Shown: one piece after another, positions 28,417-41,640 of the stretch | Numbering within the stretch: the stretch's first letter is position 1 | Layout: each line of letters begins with the position of its first letter | NCBI GenBank assembly: GCA_038087875.1 | Contig: CM075988.1 | Coordinates: 27,406,001-27,466,000 of the forward strand | Direction of reading: 5' to 3' | DNA: 60,000 nt | DNA from: Malacoraja senta | Taxonomy: Eukaryota | The notes under the pieces: model-generated | The model's database searches: none | What the model was told of the DNA's origin: nothing | The model's input: the letters and a program-made list of their open reading frames with translations, nothing else | Translations under genes and position numbers: made by a program

Positions 28417-28434
28417 ACTGCCATCTGGTGGCAA
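28417..28434 (-). promoter_or_regulatory. CTCF-like motif
   Basis: Minus strand TTGCCACCAGATGGCAGT, close to the CTCF core consensus, in unique sequence. Confidence 0.45.
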
Positions 28435-28482
28435 CACCTGATGTTTGCAACTTTTCAATCTGCTAATGTGTTCAGATATTAA

Positions 28483-28820
28483 AGGCCCTGTCAGACCATG
28501 CGAGTTTACCCAAGAGCCGAAATTTAAAAAAAAATCAAACTTGTGGTAAGTACCAAAGATCCTATAGCAAGGATAGCTATAGGATCTTTGGTAAGTACGT
28601 AGAATGTACGTAGCGGGTACGTTGGAGCTCGTGGATGTCTTGTAGCGGCTTGTAATGCTAATGGCACGTACTCGGGAAACGTGGAAACTCGTGAAGTTTT
28701 TTCAACAGTGTGAAAAATTACCAAGAATAAAAAAATACTCGTGATGAAGTACCACGAGTTTGATTTTTTTTTAAAACTCGGGAGATCTCTTGGGTAAACT
28801 CACATCGTGGGACAGGGGCT
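28483..28820. mobile_element. Related MITE copy carrying a nested 37-bp insertion
   Basis: Internally collinear with 13434-13738. Arms GAGTTTACCCAAGAG / CTCTTGGGTAAACTC. Confidence 0.8.
28554..28590. mobile_element. 37-bp hAT-like mini-element
   Basis: CAAAGATCCTATAGC-AAGGATA-GCTATAGGATCTTTG with 8-bp TSD GTAAGTAC. The paralogous MITE at ~13500 has the empty site. Confidence 0.8.
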
Positions 28821-29259
28821 TTAGTTTAAGTTTAGTTTACAAATACAGCAAGGAATGCAAGTGCCTTTCTGATAATACCAGGACCCACAAAAGCTGCCAC
28901 CATCAATCTGCCACAGTCTGAAATGCCCATCACAGAAGATGGAAAATATTTTACAGATTTTTCTTTTATCTCTGGACTTTGAAACCATAGTGATACAACT
29001 AAACTCGTCTCCGAATACAGACATTCAAAAGCACAGCAATCATTGATTGCATCAAGGTTATCTGGGCACACATGAAACTAAATGAAACTTTCTGCACTGC
29101 CCCAATCAACCATGTCAATGAATCCACTCTGCCAGAGATTACAGTGAATCATCTACCTTCATTGCTGTCATCTCCAACTAAATGTTTTAATATAATTAAC
29201 AAAAAAGCACATGTTAATTGCATATGTTAATCCATTAAAACATGCCCTTACTAACAGTA

Positions 29260-29516
29260 AGATAAACTGCTGCAAGAATTTAGATGGTCGAGCAGCATCT
29301 GTGGAGGTAAAGAGATGGTCAACATTTAGGGTCAGGCCCTACATCAGGGCTGCCCTGACCTTTACAAGCCTGTTGTGCAACTGCAAGTGAGAATTTCACA
29401 GTTCTGTTTCAGAACATATGATAATAAAACATTCTTGACAGATGCTGCTTGTCCCACTGAGTTCTTCACGCAGGTTATTTCTTGCTCCAGATTCCAGTAC
29501 AAGTAGTCTCTTGTCT
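29260..29516. mobile_element. Old fold-back Penelope-derived insertion
   Basis: 15-bp TSD CCCTTACTAACAGTA (29245-29259, 29517-29531). Diverged inverted arms. Confidence 0.65.
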
Positions 29517-31356
29517 CCCTTACTAACAGTATTTGTTAAACTGCATGGATGTGGGACTCGTGGGCTGTATTTATTCTGATTTATTCTTATACTAGCTGGT
29601 TGAGTTGCAATGCAGTCCTGAGTTGCAATGCAGTAATATTATTGTCACATTTCACGTGACAAGTAGAAAACGTAACATCTTATCCCAGTTCTACGCAGAA
29701 TAAAGCTGAGGAAGAAACTGGTATCATGGATTGAATCAGGTTGATTTTATCATTGTGATATAATAAGGGATCATACTGCAAAATATAGAGGCAAATTCCT
29801 GAAAATAGAAAGTATTTGGATGTTTGGGCTTCACATTAGAAATATATAGTGCACTCGGACTTTAACAGCCCTTTGTCTAGTTAGAGGCGCACTCTTCCAT
29901 GTCTGGTAGCCTTATGTTGGTTGTTGTCCTGAAAGGTAAACCTTCTGTAGAAATTATACTACTGTTGGCATATTGCTTTAAAATATTTTTTAAAAAAACA
30001 CTTGCTTTGTCCAAATAAGGTTAGTTGTGCATTATTCATAAATTCACATAAATTCAAAAGCCCAAGGTTTATGCAAATTTCACCACTATGCAGCAGCATA
30101 GTAACTTTCTGAAACTTATGTCCATCTGCCACAACCATAAACATTTGGTCTTGGGTCTGCACCCACCCCTCCCCACTGCATCATGAACAAGTGCGTGATG
30201 GTAATTTTTCTAGATTAGCACTAACTTTCATATTGCAGCGAATTAGATTGAAAGATAATAGTGCAAATGAAATTTAAACTCAGACCACAATTAAGATAAA
30301 CGCATTTTCCGCTTTTTCTTGATATATTATTCCATATAAACTGCCATTAAACCATACTACTATATCTATCCCTGTTAGACAGTGCATTACTATCAAGGAT
30401 TGAAAGAGTTCCTCATCTATTTCATGAAATTGGCAGTGAGAGGGAAATTCTAATTGGCCCATATTCAAATGATTGGTGCAAGGCAGAATGAGGAACCATG
30501 TCTAAATTTAGGTCATACCTTAATTATAACATTCTAAGGATTTGTAGTGCCAGTTAAGGCTTTGTGAGGCAGTTATCCACTTTTTCTTGGTTTGTGTGGG
30601 TATGGTGAACAACAGAAGAGAGGAAAAATGTAAATCCAAAATTTGATTTGTTTTTATTGACATGAATGAAGTTGACTTTCACCAACAATATTTGAGTTCA
30701 CTTGCAGTTTAGTCTTGGAGTTTTGGAAACAATGAATAATCCCAGTGAAAACCTTCCTATAAAGCAAATCCCTTCATATTCTTCACACAAATGGGAATGT
30801 TTGCTAAATACTACCCACTTACACACAATATCTATTCTTTGAAATCCTTAATTTCTCAAAGAATCTTTCCCACCTCCTCTAGGTAAACAGGGTCATATTT
30901 TAAGAAAACATTATGAACTACCAGGTTTTCTGGATTTTACGTCCCTCTAGAGATACATCACAAATACAGCTCTCGTTAAACAATTACTTACTCTTCACAG
31001 ATAAAATTAAATGAGGTAGTTCAGGCCGGCTGCAGAAGAGTACTGGATTATGTAAGTCCTCCATTCCCAAGAACTAACTGTAACCCAGAAATGTCCATTT
31101 TGCGTTGTAATCCATTATCATATTGCTCTACACACACACTTGGTAATACTCCTTCATTTCATTGAGTGATCACCTTGCTGCCTATAATTAAACTAACGCA
31201 TCTAGTAATTAATATCACAAACCATTATATTCTTATCACTAGCTTGAAAAATGCCGTAAAAAAGTATGGGAGAATTTGCAACGTTTGATTTCTGTAAATT
31301 ATATTATCCGTAACTCATGGAGTGCCCCGACCCAAAAAGTTATCTGTCTATTTAAA

Positions 31357-31655
31357 GGCAGCACAGTGAAGCAGTGGTAGAGTTAATGCCTTACAGCTCC
31401 AGAGATCCAGGTTCAAACCCAATTATGGGTGCTGTTTGTACAGACTTTGCATGCTCTCCCTGTGACCATGTGGGTATTCGCCAGGTGCTCCAGTCCCTTC
31501 CCACATTCCAAAGACGTGTAGATTTGTGCAGAGGTTAATTGGCTTCTGTAAATTGTCCCTAGTGTGTAGTATTGAACTAGTGTGTGGATGATCATTGGTC
31601 GGCATGGACTCCGTATGTCGAAGGGTCTGCTGCAACGCTGTAACTCTGAACTAAA
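31357..31655 (+). mobile_element. HE1-type SINE
   Basis: Same consensus, nested in a Penelope-derived remnant. Confidence 0.8.
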
Positions 31656-32901
31656 CATTTCCTCCACATATGCTGCCTGGCTCACTGCGATCCACCAGCA
31701 CTTCATGTTTTGCTTAAGTTTCCAACATGTACATTTTAGTATCCGTCATTTAGCCACGACTGGGCACCAATACCTCCTGGTGGCTGTTTCTACAAATGCA
31801 TCCGAAGATTAATCAAAGTGACCATTGGCCCTGTAGAAACAAGCTAGGTGAATTTGTGATGGAAAACAACATGGGAAATAAATGGAACATATTATTGTAC
31901 AAGTCTTCACTAAAGAGGACAATTAGCATCCCAGAAATAGGTGAGAAATAGGAGTGGGGAACTCAGGAAAATTACAGTTACCAATTTAGCGTGACTGAGC
32001 AAATTTCCAAACTGTGGGCTGACGTCTCCAGATCCTGAAGGTTTCACTCTAGAATCTAAAATGAAGTGGCAAAAGATGGTTGATGCATTGGTTTTAATTC
32101 CCATGCAAAAGCAGGAGATGCAACATATATCCTTCTATTTCCTTTATTTCCTGCTGTGCAGAGCTCAAATCGTAACTCGGGTAGACATGACTTGATCTCC
32201 ATGTTTCCAATTTACAGTACTGAATTTGATGCTGATGAATTGGGGGAGATTACTTTGCAGAACATCTCCATTTTGTCCCAGAGTGACCTTACAATCCAAT
32301 GACCTATTTAAATTCTTCAAGCTAATCTGATCCAAGCAGTTCTAGCCTCATACTCCTTTTCCAACAAAGCTCAATGCAAGATCAAGGGATCCTAATAACC
32401 AATGATGTGTTGTTATTCACTAGCTATTACCACCATACTTCAGCCAACACCACCTGACATTCCAACAATCCTGGTTCCCACCCTATCAGGACTTTCTCTT
32501 GGCCCTTCTCTCCATACTTTCCATATCTAAATTACTAAAAGTAAGATCTTGACCACTTCCAATTTTCTGTTTCATGAGTTTTGAAAAAGCGCTGCCACTT
32601 ACGGCTGTGATTTTTGGCCATCTTACTCAGAGTCCCCCTCTGCTGCGCAGGACAAGAGGATTTTTCCCATCGATGAAAAATAAAAGAGTTATTAATGTTT
32701 TAAAAATGTTGACATTCTCTATGCTGCCCCTGCTGGTGGGAGGGGGGAGGGACTATAAAACCCGGAAGTGTTGTGCCTCACACAGTCTCTGCAAGATGGA
32801 GGAAGCGAGAGGGTCACGTCTCTCCGAGCTGTTAATAACACTGAACACACGTCTACTTAACTGTGAGTGCCCTTAATGTGGTTTAAAAATGAAAATGTGG
32901 T

Positions 32902-33087
32902 TGCTTTGAAAGGCTGCACTGCAAAAATGGCTGTTGTTGGTGGTGGTAACTGCTTTGAAATGCTGCACTGCAAAAATGGCTGTTGTTGGTGGTGGTAACT
33001 GCTTTGAAAGGCTGCACTGCAAAAATGGCTGTTGTTGGTGGTGGTAACTGCTTTGAAAGGCTGCACTGCAAAAATGGCTGTTGTTGG
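32902..33087 (+). repeat. 49-bp minisatellite (~3.8 units) inside Helitron 1
   Basis: Unit CTGCTTTGAAAGGCTGCACTGCAAAAATGGCTGTTGTTGGTGGTGGTAA. Confidence 0.9.
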
Positions 33088-33471
33088 AAATTTGACAACT
33101 TCCTGTTTGCACTGTATATTGATTTTAGATAAAACACTACCACTTACGGCTGTGATTTTTGGCCATCTTACTCAGTCACCCGCCGCTCATCAGGTGCAGA
33201 GGATTCTTCCCATCAATGAAAAATAAGTGTTATTAGTGTTTAAAAAAATGAGAATCTCTCTCCTGTCAATCACACAATGCAGGCCACGCCCCTTCCAGTT
33301 GGAGGGCGAGGGATTATAAAACCCGGAAGTGTGGATGTGGCTCAGTCTCTGCAAGATGGGTGAGGGAGAGGTCATGACTGTCTGAGCTGTGAATCAACTG
33401 AACACACTGAATGCCTACTGAACTGTGAATGTGGTGTTTATGTGGTGTTTTATAGTGTTTTTATGATGGTT

Positions 33472-34015
33472 TCACCCTGCTTGAATTGGTATGAATGCAT
33501 TTGAATGTGGTGGCCTGGCACCCTGTATGAAATGGTATGAAACTGCATTTGAATTTGGTGGCCTTGCACCCTGCACGAAATGGTATGAAACTGCACTTGA
33601 ATTTGGTGGCCTTGCACCTTGCTTGAAATGGCAAGAAACAGCACTAGCATTTGGTGGCCTTGCACCCTGCTTGAAGTGACATGAAACTGCACTTGAAATT
33701 GGTGGCCTTGCACCCTGCTTGAAGTGGCATGAAACTGCACTTGAATTTGGTGGCCTTGCACCCTGCTTGAAATGGCATGAAACTGCACTTGAATTTGGTG
33801 GCCTTGCACCCTGCTTGAAATGGCATGAAACCACCCTTGAATTTGGTGGCCTTGCACCCTGCTTGAAATGGCATGAAACTGCACTTGAATTTGGTGGCCT
33901 TGAACCCTGCTTGAAGTGGTAGGAAACTGCACCTGAATTTGGTGGCCTTGCACCCTGCTTGATATGGTAGGAAACTGCATTTGAATTTGGTTGCCTTGCA
34001 CCCTGCTTGAAATGG
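33472..34015 (+). repeat. 48-bp minisatellite (~11 units) inside Helitron 1
   Basis: Unit GAAACTGCACTTGAATTTGGTGGCCTTGCACCCTGCTTGAAATGGCAT. It produces the 16-aa periodic ORFs. Confidence 0.92.
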
Positions 34016-36760
34016 AATTTCAAGGAATAGCCGTGAGTCAACTGCTAGCCCACCAGCCGTGAGTGAGCTGCCAGAAAGTCCCTTCAGCCCACAATACCCA
34101 TACTAGCGCTCCAGAAAGTCCCAGCCACCAATATTGGAATTGGTGGAGAGGTGGAATATTGCGTTGGGGGACCAGCCCTCCCGTGTGAACATGGGACCCA
34201 ATGGGTCCCACTTAGTCTAGTTCGATATTAAAATCTGCACCTAATATTTCACAAGTTCTGAGATGCCCAGTGTTTTCTACACACAGATCCCAATTTCCAC
34301 CATTTTATTTATTTCAGATTCCAGCATCTGCAATACTTTGCATTGGCTTATTGCAAAGGGAGTATTTTAATCTACAGCAATGGATCATAACTTGTACAAA
34401 TAAAGATCCATAATTACATATGTAGGACTAATTCTACATTGTGATAAATAGCCATACAATCCAGCTACCCCGGCATGACAGCTGATATCTTACGAAAGCA
34501 ACAACTCTTTCCCTCATGCCAGAAGACGTCATTTAGAAATATTGCATTTATCAGGAAGGCAAGGATAACCTTAGCATCAAATATATTGCCAGGTCACACC
34601 ACAGCTTCCACTGTTTAGTATCCTTAACCTCAGTACTTCTTAGTGAAATAGATATTACCTGGAAATTGCTACCCCTAACACTCACTCATATTTGCCAGCA
34701 GATTAAACTAGTGAGGAAATTGAAAGCCAAGTCTACAGCCTTCACCCAATCACTACAAAATTCACAAATAGTTCAACATTTTGAAATTTTAGTTGCCACT
34801 TGGTATATTGGTATCATTCAGCAGTTTGCTTTGTAAAGTATACAGCCCAAATTCCACATTAATAAACAATGTGGATTAGAAGGCAGATAGTGGATGACAT
34901 TTAAATCTGGCACATTATTAAAATTCAGAATACAAACGATTGTGATGAAGAATTTCATTGACAGCTTATAACTGCCTGAACATCAAGTCAGTTCTTGGAC
35001 TGTCATAATAGATTAAAATTCACACAATTTTAGCATTAGCAAGAGATGCAGCCTTGGGAAAGAAATAATGCACTCCCATTAAAAGCTACAAGCAGGAAAT
35101 TCATTGTGCAGGGCATGAAGCACTCTTAAGATTTCTCAGCTATGTGTAATTATTAACATCAAGATTCAGATGTAGATTATCTTTCCTCTCATTCACAAAC
35201 AAGCAAAAACAAATGGTCTACTGCTAATCCATTTGCAAAGTGAAGAATGTCAAATGGTTCCGATCTTAATGATCCATTTAAAACATTGGCCATCCTCAGA
35301 AGTTATTGACTCATGACTAATAGGTGGAAGACCAAACACTTGCAGCAGGATCTCTACAGATTTACAACTCAAGATTTATATTTAGAAAAAGTGACTGTAT
35401 TGCATTAACATTTTTAACATTACCTACATTACAAAGCAGCACCTTAAAGAGTCAAGAGTCATATGGCACAGAAACAGCATTCAGTCCATGTCACCTATAT
35501 TGACTAAGTTGCCCACCTGAGCTAGTTCCATTTTCTTGCATTTGGCACATAAATCTCTCAAACCTTTTCTGTCCATGTACTTACTTAAATGCATTTGTAA
35601 CTGTAACATTGTAACTACGTGTCTCTACCACTTTACCTGGCAAATAGAATCACGCTGCAACTCCCAATCAGCCTCAAGCTGGCCATCATTGTATGTAGTT
35701 GTAAGCTGTAATGCATTTGCATCTCTGTTCATAAACAAAAGTGATCAGCTCTTTGAATTATGAGACTCAGAGGCTTAGAGCCTGAAAATTCAGACCCAAT
35801 TTTATACTTCTCACTGGACTTTTAGTTTAGTTTAGAGATACAGCATGGAAACAGGCCCTTCAGCCCACCGAGTCCGCACCAACCAGTGATCCCCACACAT
35901 TAACACTATCCCACAAGAGACAAGAGTTTGATCCTGACCTCGGGTGCTGCGTGTGGATTTTGGACGTTGGCCCTGTGTCCATGTGAGTTTCTTGCCCTCC
36001 AGGTAGGTTAATTGGCTGTTGTAAATTAAGAGTGCGTACAGAGTGGATACAAAGTGGGATAACATAGAACTGTGTGAACAGATGCTCAAAGGTGGTGTTC
36101 ACTCGGTGGGCTGAGGATCTGCATCCAAGCTGTATCTCTAAGTACCAAGAAATCCAAATGGCACCATCAACATCCCATCCAGGTTACTGAAATTCAACAT
36201 TACTCCATGCCAGTCTTTGTTAGTCACAGATTTGGAACAAAACTCAGGACCAAGGTTATGAATTTATAAAAACCAAACTAGGGTCAAACCAACTATCATT
36301 CCAGGCACTCATCAGCCCGTGTGTACATTTTTAAATTTTTTTATTTGCCCCACAGCTCCTTTTAATTTTGCCCCTCCCACCTTCAAGCTATCCCCTCTAA
36401 TATTTGATTTTTCCATCCTTGGGAAAAAAGGTTCTGACTGTCTACCTTGTCCATGCCTCTCATTATTCTACATTTTATATATTTTACATGGCGAGGAGCA
36501 ACTTTGAAATTTTGAAACAGAAAATAGCTCACAAGACAATAAATTGCAGCAGAAAATTAATGTTGAATATATTTTTATCTGGTACGTGAAGAATAGCAAT
36601 TGACATGACAATACATCTTCAATGAAAAGTAGATTCCAAAGTTGTCAGAACTGAAATTCAGATCACAAACATATCATTCTATTAAAATATTGCACATTTA
36701 AAAAGTTGAAAATATAGCTGTACAACAGCTAATTAAAATGAAGTTCAACTAGGTACAACT

Positions 36761-36766
36761 TTTATT
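36761..36766 (-). terminator. Probable RBM7 polyadenylation signal (AATAAA), implying a ~1.8-kb 3' UTR
   Basis: TTTATT on the + strand at the end of a repeat-free AU-rich stretch that follows the RBM7 stop. Repeats resume just beyond it. Confidence 0.45.
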
Positions 36767-38525
36767 TGTATTTACAATTCTGCAATATTTTTCTCAGGAT
36801 ACTTTCCTACATCATTCCAAAGAAAAACAGGAGAGCATTTATTTTAATACAAAAGCTGTTAGGATATAGAAGAGTAAAGCAGCCAACACTGCACTGGGAA
36901 AATTCTAGTCCTTTTGAAAAACTCAAGTTCTGCATTTCTCTCACCCATCCCCACCCTAAAGATACATTTTTTAAAAATTCAAATAAAAATTGCCTAAATT
37001 TAGTTTATAAAACATTTTTCATTACACCAAAAATACAAATTTGTTCTTCATATGCAGCTACAAATAGGTACAAAGCAAAGTTGAATAGTTTGGAGAGCCC
37101 AGTTTTACGAGGAAAACAAATTAGAATATTTAACTGGAAGCAGTGTTAAAAATATTGACTGCAGAACAAAAAAATGAATAAGCAATATAACTGGAAATAT
37201 GTGAACTCTACAATTATTCACTGTAACTAGAATTTACCTGCGCGAAAACTACTACTCACTCATCCCCACTCCAAACAGGAGATTAAACAGCGTCCTTTTA
37301 TATTCTCAATACATACTGATAAAACAATTGGATGATTTGGAAGAAAAACAGCAACCATAATACAAGAATAGATGCCACTCCATTGGATTAAGTATGGGGA
37401 TCAATGCCTGGTATTAAATATTGTAAAATAGAGTTGTAGACAAGTTGTAAAACAAGATGGGTTAAATTAGCAGTTACTTCTTTCCCACATGCCAAACTGC
37501 TAAATTAGATTCAATTTAAGAATGAGCCAACTTCCTATGCAGGCTCAGATACTATCAAATTTAAAATCTCCTTTATAATTCTTAGTCTTCGCTAGAGTTG
37601 ATCCTTTAAAAGCAGGTCCTCCGCAATTATTCAATATCCAAACCATTATCCTATTCTGAAGTAATCTTTTTTGCAGATTGATGGCAGCTTGGAGAATTCC
37701 AATCTATCAAACACTGGTCATTGTGCCAAGGAAAAAACCCTTGTGACGCAAGAATTAATTACAAATACAGTGGAATTCAATTGTTTTGACTGGAAGTTCT
37801 AAGGTTCACGATAAGGACTGAACAGTTACAGGCAGATCCTCCCTGCTGCCAGACTTTTAAAAAGATACACACACACCAACTGATTGATGTGCTGAGGTAT
37901 ATGTAGAGGAGACAAGCAGAGCACCTGATGCAGGTCAACAGTTAAAAGGATTGGGCACTGCTACTTATTTATTCAGAGGTTGGTCATTGCTCCCAAGATA
38001 CATTAGAAGGTAAAATGGAAGAAAATGCTGATTTATATAATCAATATAAAAAGTCCAGTTCTATTCTTTGCATTAGTACTCAAAACTATTGCTTTCACAT
38101 TACAATTACATTTCTACTCACATGCAAGATACAAATCATTTACAAGTTATTTGCTCTGTTGTACATAATACTTTCATTAAAACTGCAAAGATAATTCCAT
38201 AACGGGCGCACCATGCACTGCAGAACCAGAATCACTTAATGAGTTGGGGGGGGGGAAGAGTCAGAGATAATTTAAGTAAAATGCAATGTTATACAACTCC
38301 GTCACTCTCATCCTGAGCAATGTGCAGAACAAGTTTACAAGTACTACTGAAGCAGAAACTGGCACTGATGAAAAATTGATATTTATGTAAACAGAAAGAG
38401 GAACTCAACTTGTACATTAGAGAAAATAATTTTTTTTTTTTTTTAAACAATTTTGTTAAATTGCAATCTAATCTTCCAGAGAAAATTTGAATTGGTTAAC
38501 TCCCACCATACAACACTGTGTCAGT

Positions 38526-38942
38526 TTACTGCCGATTTCCTCGCCATCTCCCACCTCTAGAGAGCTCTCTTTGAGCATTATATTCATGCTCCCAATTTCT
38601 GCTGTGATGAGAAGTTTGGTCTTGTCGGTACTCAGACTCACGGTTTCCCCGATAGTGCCAGTCGGGATTGTGATCTTGGAAACGAGCCTCTCGTGGGTAT
38701 TGACCGTTGTCAGACTGATAGGAACTATATGCTTGTTGCCTTTGGGTGCCAGATATTTTTTCTACATTCCACGCATTTTGTGAATTTGGATTGGCCAAAT
38801 TCTGAGGTGCCATTTGCGAGCCAGAAGGCATTCCTCGATTTGTTTGCTGCTGGTTGGAACGATTATTAATGCTTGGCTGTTGCACAGAAGAACTGCAACT
38901 CTGCTGCCCTCCCCTGGCATTCTGCTGCCACATATTATTTAT
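38526..38942 (-). CDS. RBM7: RBM7 terminal coding exon 5 (Q/N/R-rich disordered tail)
   Basis: Acceptor ttttgattttactttcag|ATA, phase 0. Open to TAA at 38526 (INNMWQQNARGG...SRGGRWRGNRQ). Total CDS 831 nt, 276 aa. Confidence 0.85.
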   Translation of the reverse strand: MNNMWQQNARGGQQSCSSSVQQPSINNRSNQQQTNRGMPSGSQMAPQNLANPNSQNAWNVEKISGTQRQQAYSSYQSDNGQYPREARFQDHNPDWHYRGNRESEYRQDQTSHHSRNWEHEYNAQRELSRGGRWRGNRQ

Positions 38943-39014
38943 CTGAAAGTAAAATCAAAATAGTTTAAAACGTGCATGGTGCTCAATGAAATACAATAAA
39001 CAGTAAAAGTGTAA

Positions 39015-39960
39015 ACATAGAAAATAGGTGCAGGAGTAGGCCATTCGGCCCTTAAAGCCTGCACCACCATTCAATATGATCATGGCTGATCATCCAACTC
39101 AGTATCCTGTACCTGCGTTCTCTCCATACCCCCTGATCCCTTTAGCCACAAGGGCCACATCTAATTCCCTCTTAAATATAGCCAATGAACTGGCCTCAAC
39201 TACCTTCTGTGGCAGAGAATTCCAGAGATTCACCACTCTGAGTGAAAAATGTTTTTCTCATCTCGGTCCTAAAAGATTTCCCCCTTATCCTTAAACTGTG
39301 ACCCCTTGTCCTGGACTTCCCCCAACATCGGGAACAATCTTCCTGCATCTAGCCTGTCCAACCCCTTAAGAATTTTGTAAGTTTCTATAAGATCCCCCCT
39401 CATTCGTCTAAATTCTAGTGAGTACAAGCCGAGTCTATCCAGTCTTTCTTCATATGAAAGTCCTGACATCCCAGGAATCAGTCTGGTGAACCTTCCCTGT
39501 ACTCCCTCTATGACAAGAATGTCTTTCCTCAGATTTGGAGACCAAAACTGTATGCAATACTCCAGGTGTGGTCTCACCAAGACCCTGTACAACTGCAGTA
39601 GAACCTCCCTGCTCCTATATTCAAATCCTTTTGCTATGAATGCTAACATACCATTCGCTTTCTTCACTGCCTGCTGCACCTGCATGCCTACTTTCAATGA
39701 CTGGTATACCATGACACCCAGGTCTCATTGCATCTCCGCTTTTCCTAATTGGCCACCATTCAGATAATAGTCTACTTTCCTGTTTTTGCCACCAAAGTGG
39801 ATAACCTCACATTTATCCACATTATACTGCATCTGCCATGCATTTGCCCACTCACCCAGCCTATCCAAGTCACCTTGCAGCCTCCTTGCATCCTCCTCAC
39901 AGCTTCGTGTCATCCGCAAACTTGGAGATGTTGCATTCAATTCCCTCGTCCAAATCATTA
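39015..39960 (-). mobile_element. CR1 LINE 3' fragment (RT C-terminus) in RBM7 intron 4
   Basis: Peptides CNISKFADDTKL, WQMQYNVDKCEVIHFG, LYRVLVRPHLEYCIQFWSP. CR1 3' tail. Confidence 0.9.
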
Positions 39961-40054
39961 AAGTAAAGAAGGGTCTCGACTCGAAACGTCACCCATTCCT
40001 TCTCTCCGGAGTGCTGCTTGTCCCACTGAATTACTCCAGATTTTTTACAAGACA

Positions 40055-40838
40055 AGATAGACAATAGACAATAGGTGCAGGAGTAGGCCATTCGGCCCTT
40101 TGAGCCAGCACCGCCATTCAATGTGATCATGGCTGATCATCCCCAATCAGTACCCCATTCCTGCCTTCTCCCCATATCCTCTGACTCCGCTATTTTTAAG
40201 AGCCCTATCTAGCTCTCTCTTGAAAGCATCCAGAGAACCCGCCTCCACCGCCCTCTGAGGCAGAGAATTCCACACTCACCACTCACTGTGAGAAAAAATG
40301 TTTCCTCGTCTCCATTCTAAGTGGCTTACTCCTTATTCTTAAACTGTGGCCCCTAGTTCTGGACTCACCAAACATCGGGAACATGTTTCCTGCCTCTAGC
40401 GTGTCCAAACCCTTAACAATCTTATATGTTTCAATGAGTATCCTCTCATCCTTCTAAACTCCAGAGTGTACAAGCCCAGCTGCTCCATTCTCTCAGCATA
40501 TGGCAGCCCCGCCATCCCGGGAATTAACCTTGTAAACCTACACTGCACTCCCTCAATAGCAAGAATGTCCTTCCTCAAATTAGGGGACTAAAACTGCACA
40601 CAATACTCCAGGTGTGGTCTCACTAGGGCTCTGTACAACTGCAGAAGGACCTCTATGCTCCCATATTCGATTCCTCTTGTTATAAAGGTCAACATGCCAT
40701 TTGCTTTCTTCACTGCTGTACCTGCATGCTTACTTTCATAGACTGATGTACAAGGACCCCCAGATCCCGTTGTACTTCCCCTTTTCCCAACTTGACGCCA
40801 TTTAGATAGTAATCTGCCTTCCTGTTATTGCTACCAAA
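40055..40838 (-). mobile_element. Second CR1 LINE 3' fragment (different subfamily)
   Basis: Peptide RKDILAIEGVQCRFTRLIPGMAGL. (TTGTCTA)n tail. Confidence 0.85.
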
Positions 40839-40839
40839 G

Positions 40840-41640
40840 ATTTACAAGATACATTTGTCATATGTACCAATTGGTACAGTGAAATGTGTGGTCGCCATAC
40901 AGCCATACAAATAATAAAGACCATACAACACGATAGTTTTTAACACAGACATCCCCACACAGCGGGATCAAAGTTTCCCACTGTGAAGGAAGGCTCCAAA
41001 ATTCAGTCATCCTCCTCCGTTGTCCTCCCGTGGTCAGGGGGCTCCCGAACGCCCCCGCAGTCGCAGTTAAGCAGCCGATGTTGAGGCCCGCTCGCCGGGG
41101 TGATGGACGTCCGATGTCGGGACTGGAGGACATCCTCAACGGCCACCTCCTATTAGAGTCCGCGGCTCCCGAAGTCCACAGGCCACGCTGGGCAGAGATT
41201 CAACACTGGCAGCCTTCGGCAAAGGGCCCCAGGTCTCAGCGATGTTGAAGTCAGCGCCGCCCGCACTGGAAGCGCTGCAGACCACAGCTCCGATGTTGAT
41301 GCAGCAGGTCCAAACGGCGATCCCAGGTAAGGCATCGCCCGCTCCGTGGTGAATCCAGCGCTGCGCCGCCGCTGAAGCTCTGGTCCGGATCCCCAGCAGG
41401 AAAGGCCGCTATAATCCAGGTGGTAGGCCGAGAGGAGGGGGGGCGAGGATGCAACTCGGAGAAATAGTCGCATCATCGCCAGGAAGCGACTGAGAAACGG
41501 TTTCCCCCTTACCCTACCCCCCTCCCCCACATAAAAAAGTTAAAGAAACATACTTTTAAAACTAACTAAAAATAAAAAAGATAGAAAAACAAACAGACTG
41601 TAGGCAGAGGCTGCCTTCTGTGCAGTGCCTTTAGTGGCAT
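40840..41640 (-). mobile_element. GC/CpG-rich non-autonomous retroelement
   Basis: Same architecture as 18595-19206: GC head, T-rich tract, GC-rich body, LINE-like tail (..CTGTATGGC...ATTTCACTGTACC..ATGACAAAT). No ORF homology recognised. Confidence 0.55.

Larger units (their letters stand above)
32526..34220 (+). mobile_element. Non-autonomous Helitron, copy 1
   Basis: 5' A|TCTAAATTACTAAAAGT. 3' hairpin TGGGACCCA-A-TGGGTCCCA (34192-34210), then CTTAGT-CTAG|T. Inserted between A and T with no TSD. A homologous copy lies at 50207-51803. Confidence 0.88.

Noticed and set aside
1..32500. Exons of expected syntenic neighbours (NNMT, ZBTB16, C11orf71, NXPE)
   Set aside because: No ORF in the track or spliced segment I read resembled them. 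Short exons could have been missed without a search.
33450..34041. Long periodic ORFs (183/189 aa; also 242 aa at 50226-50954 and the ORFs at 51123-51477)
   Set aside because: By-products of stop-free 48-bp and 39-bp units that are open in several frames on both strands inside a Helitron. No splice or homology support.
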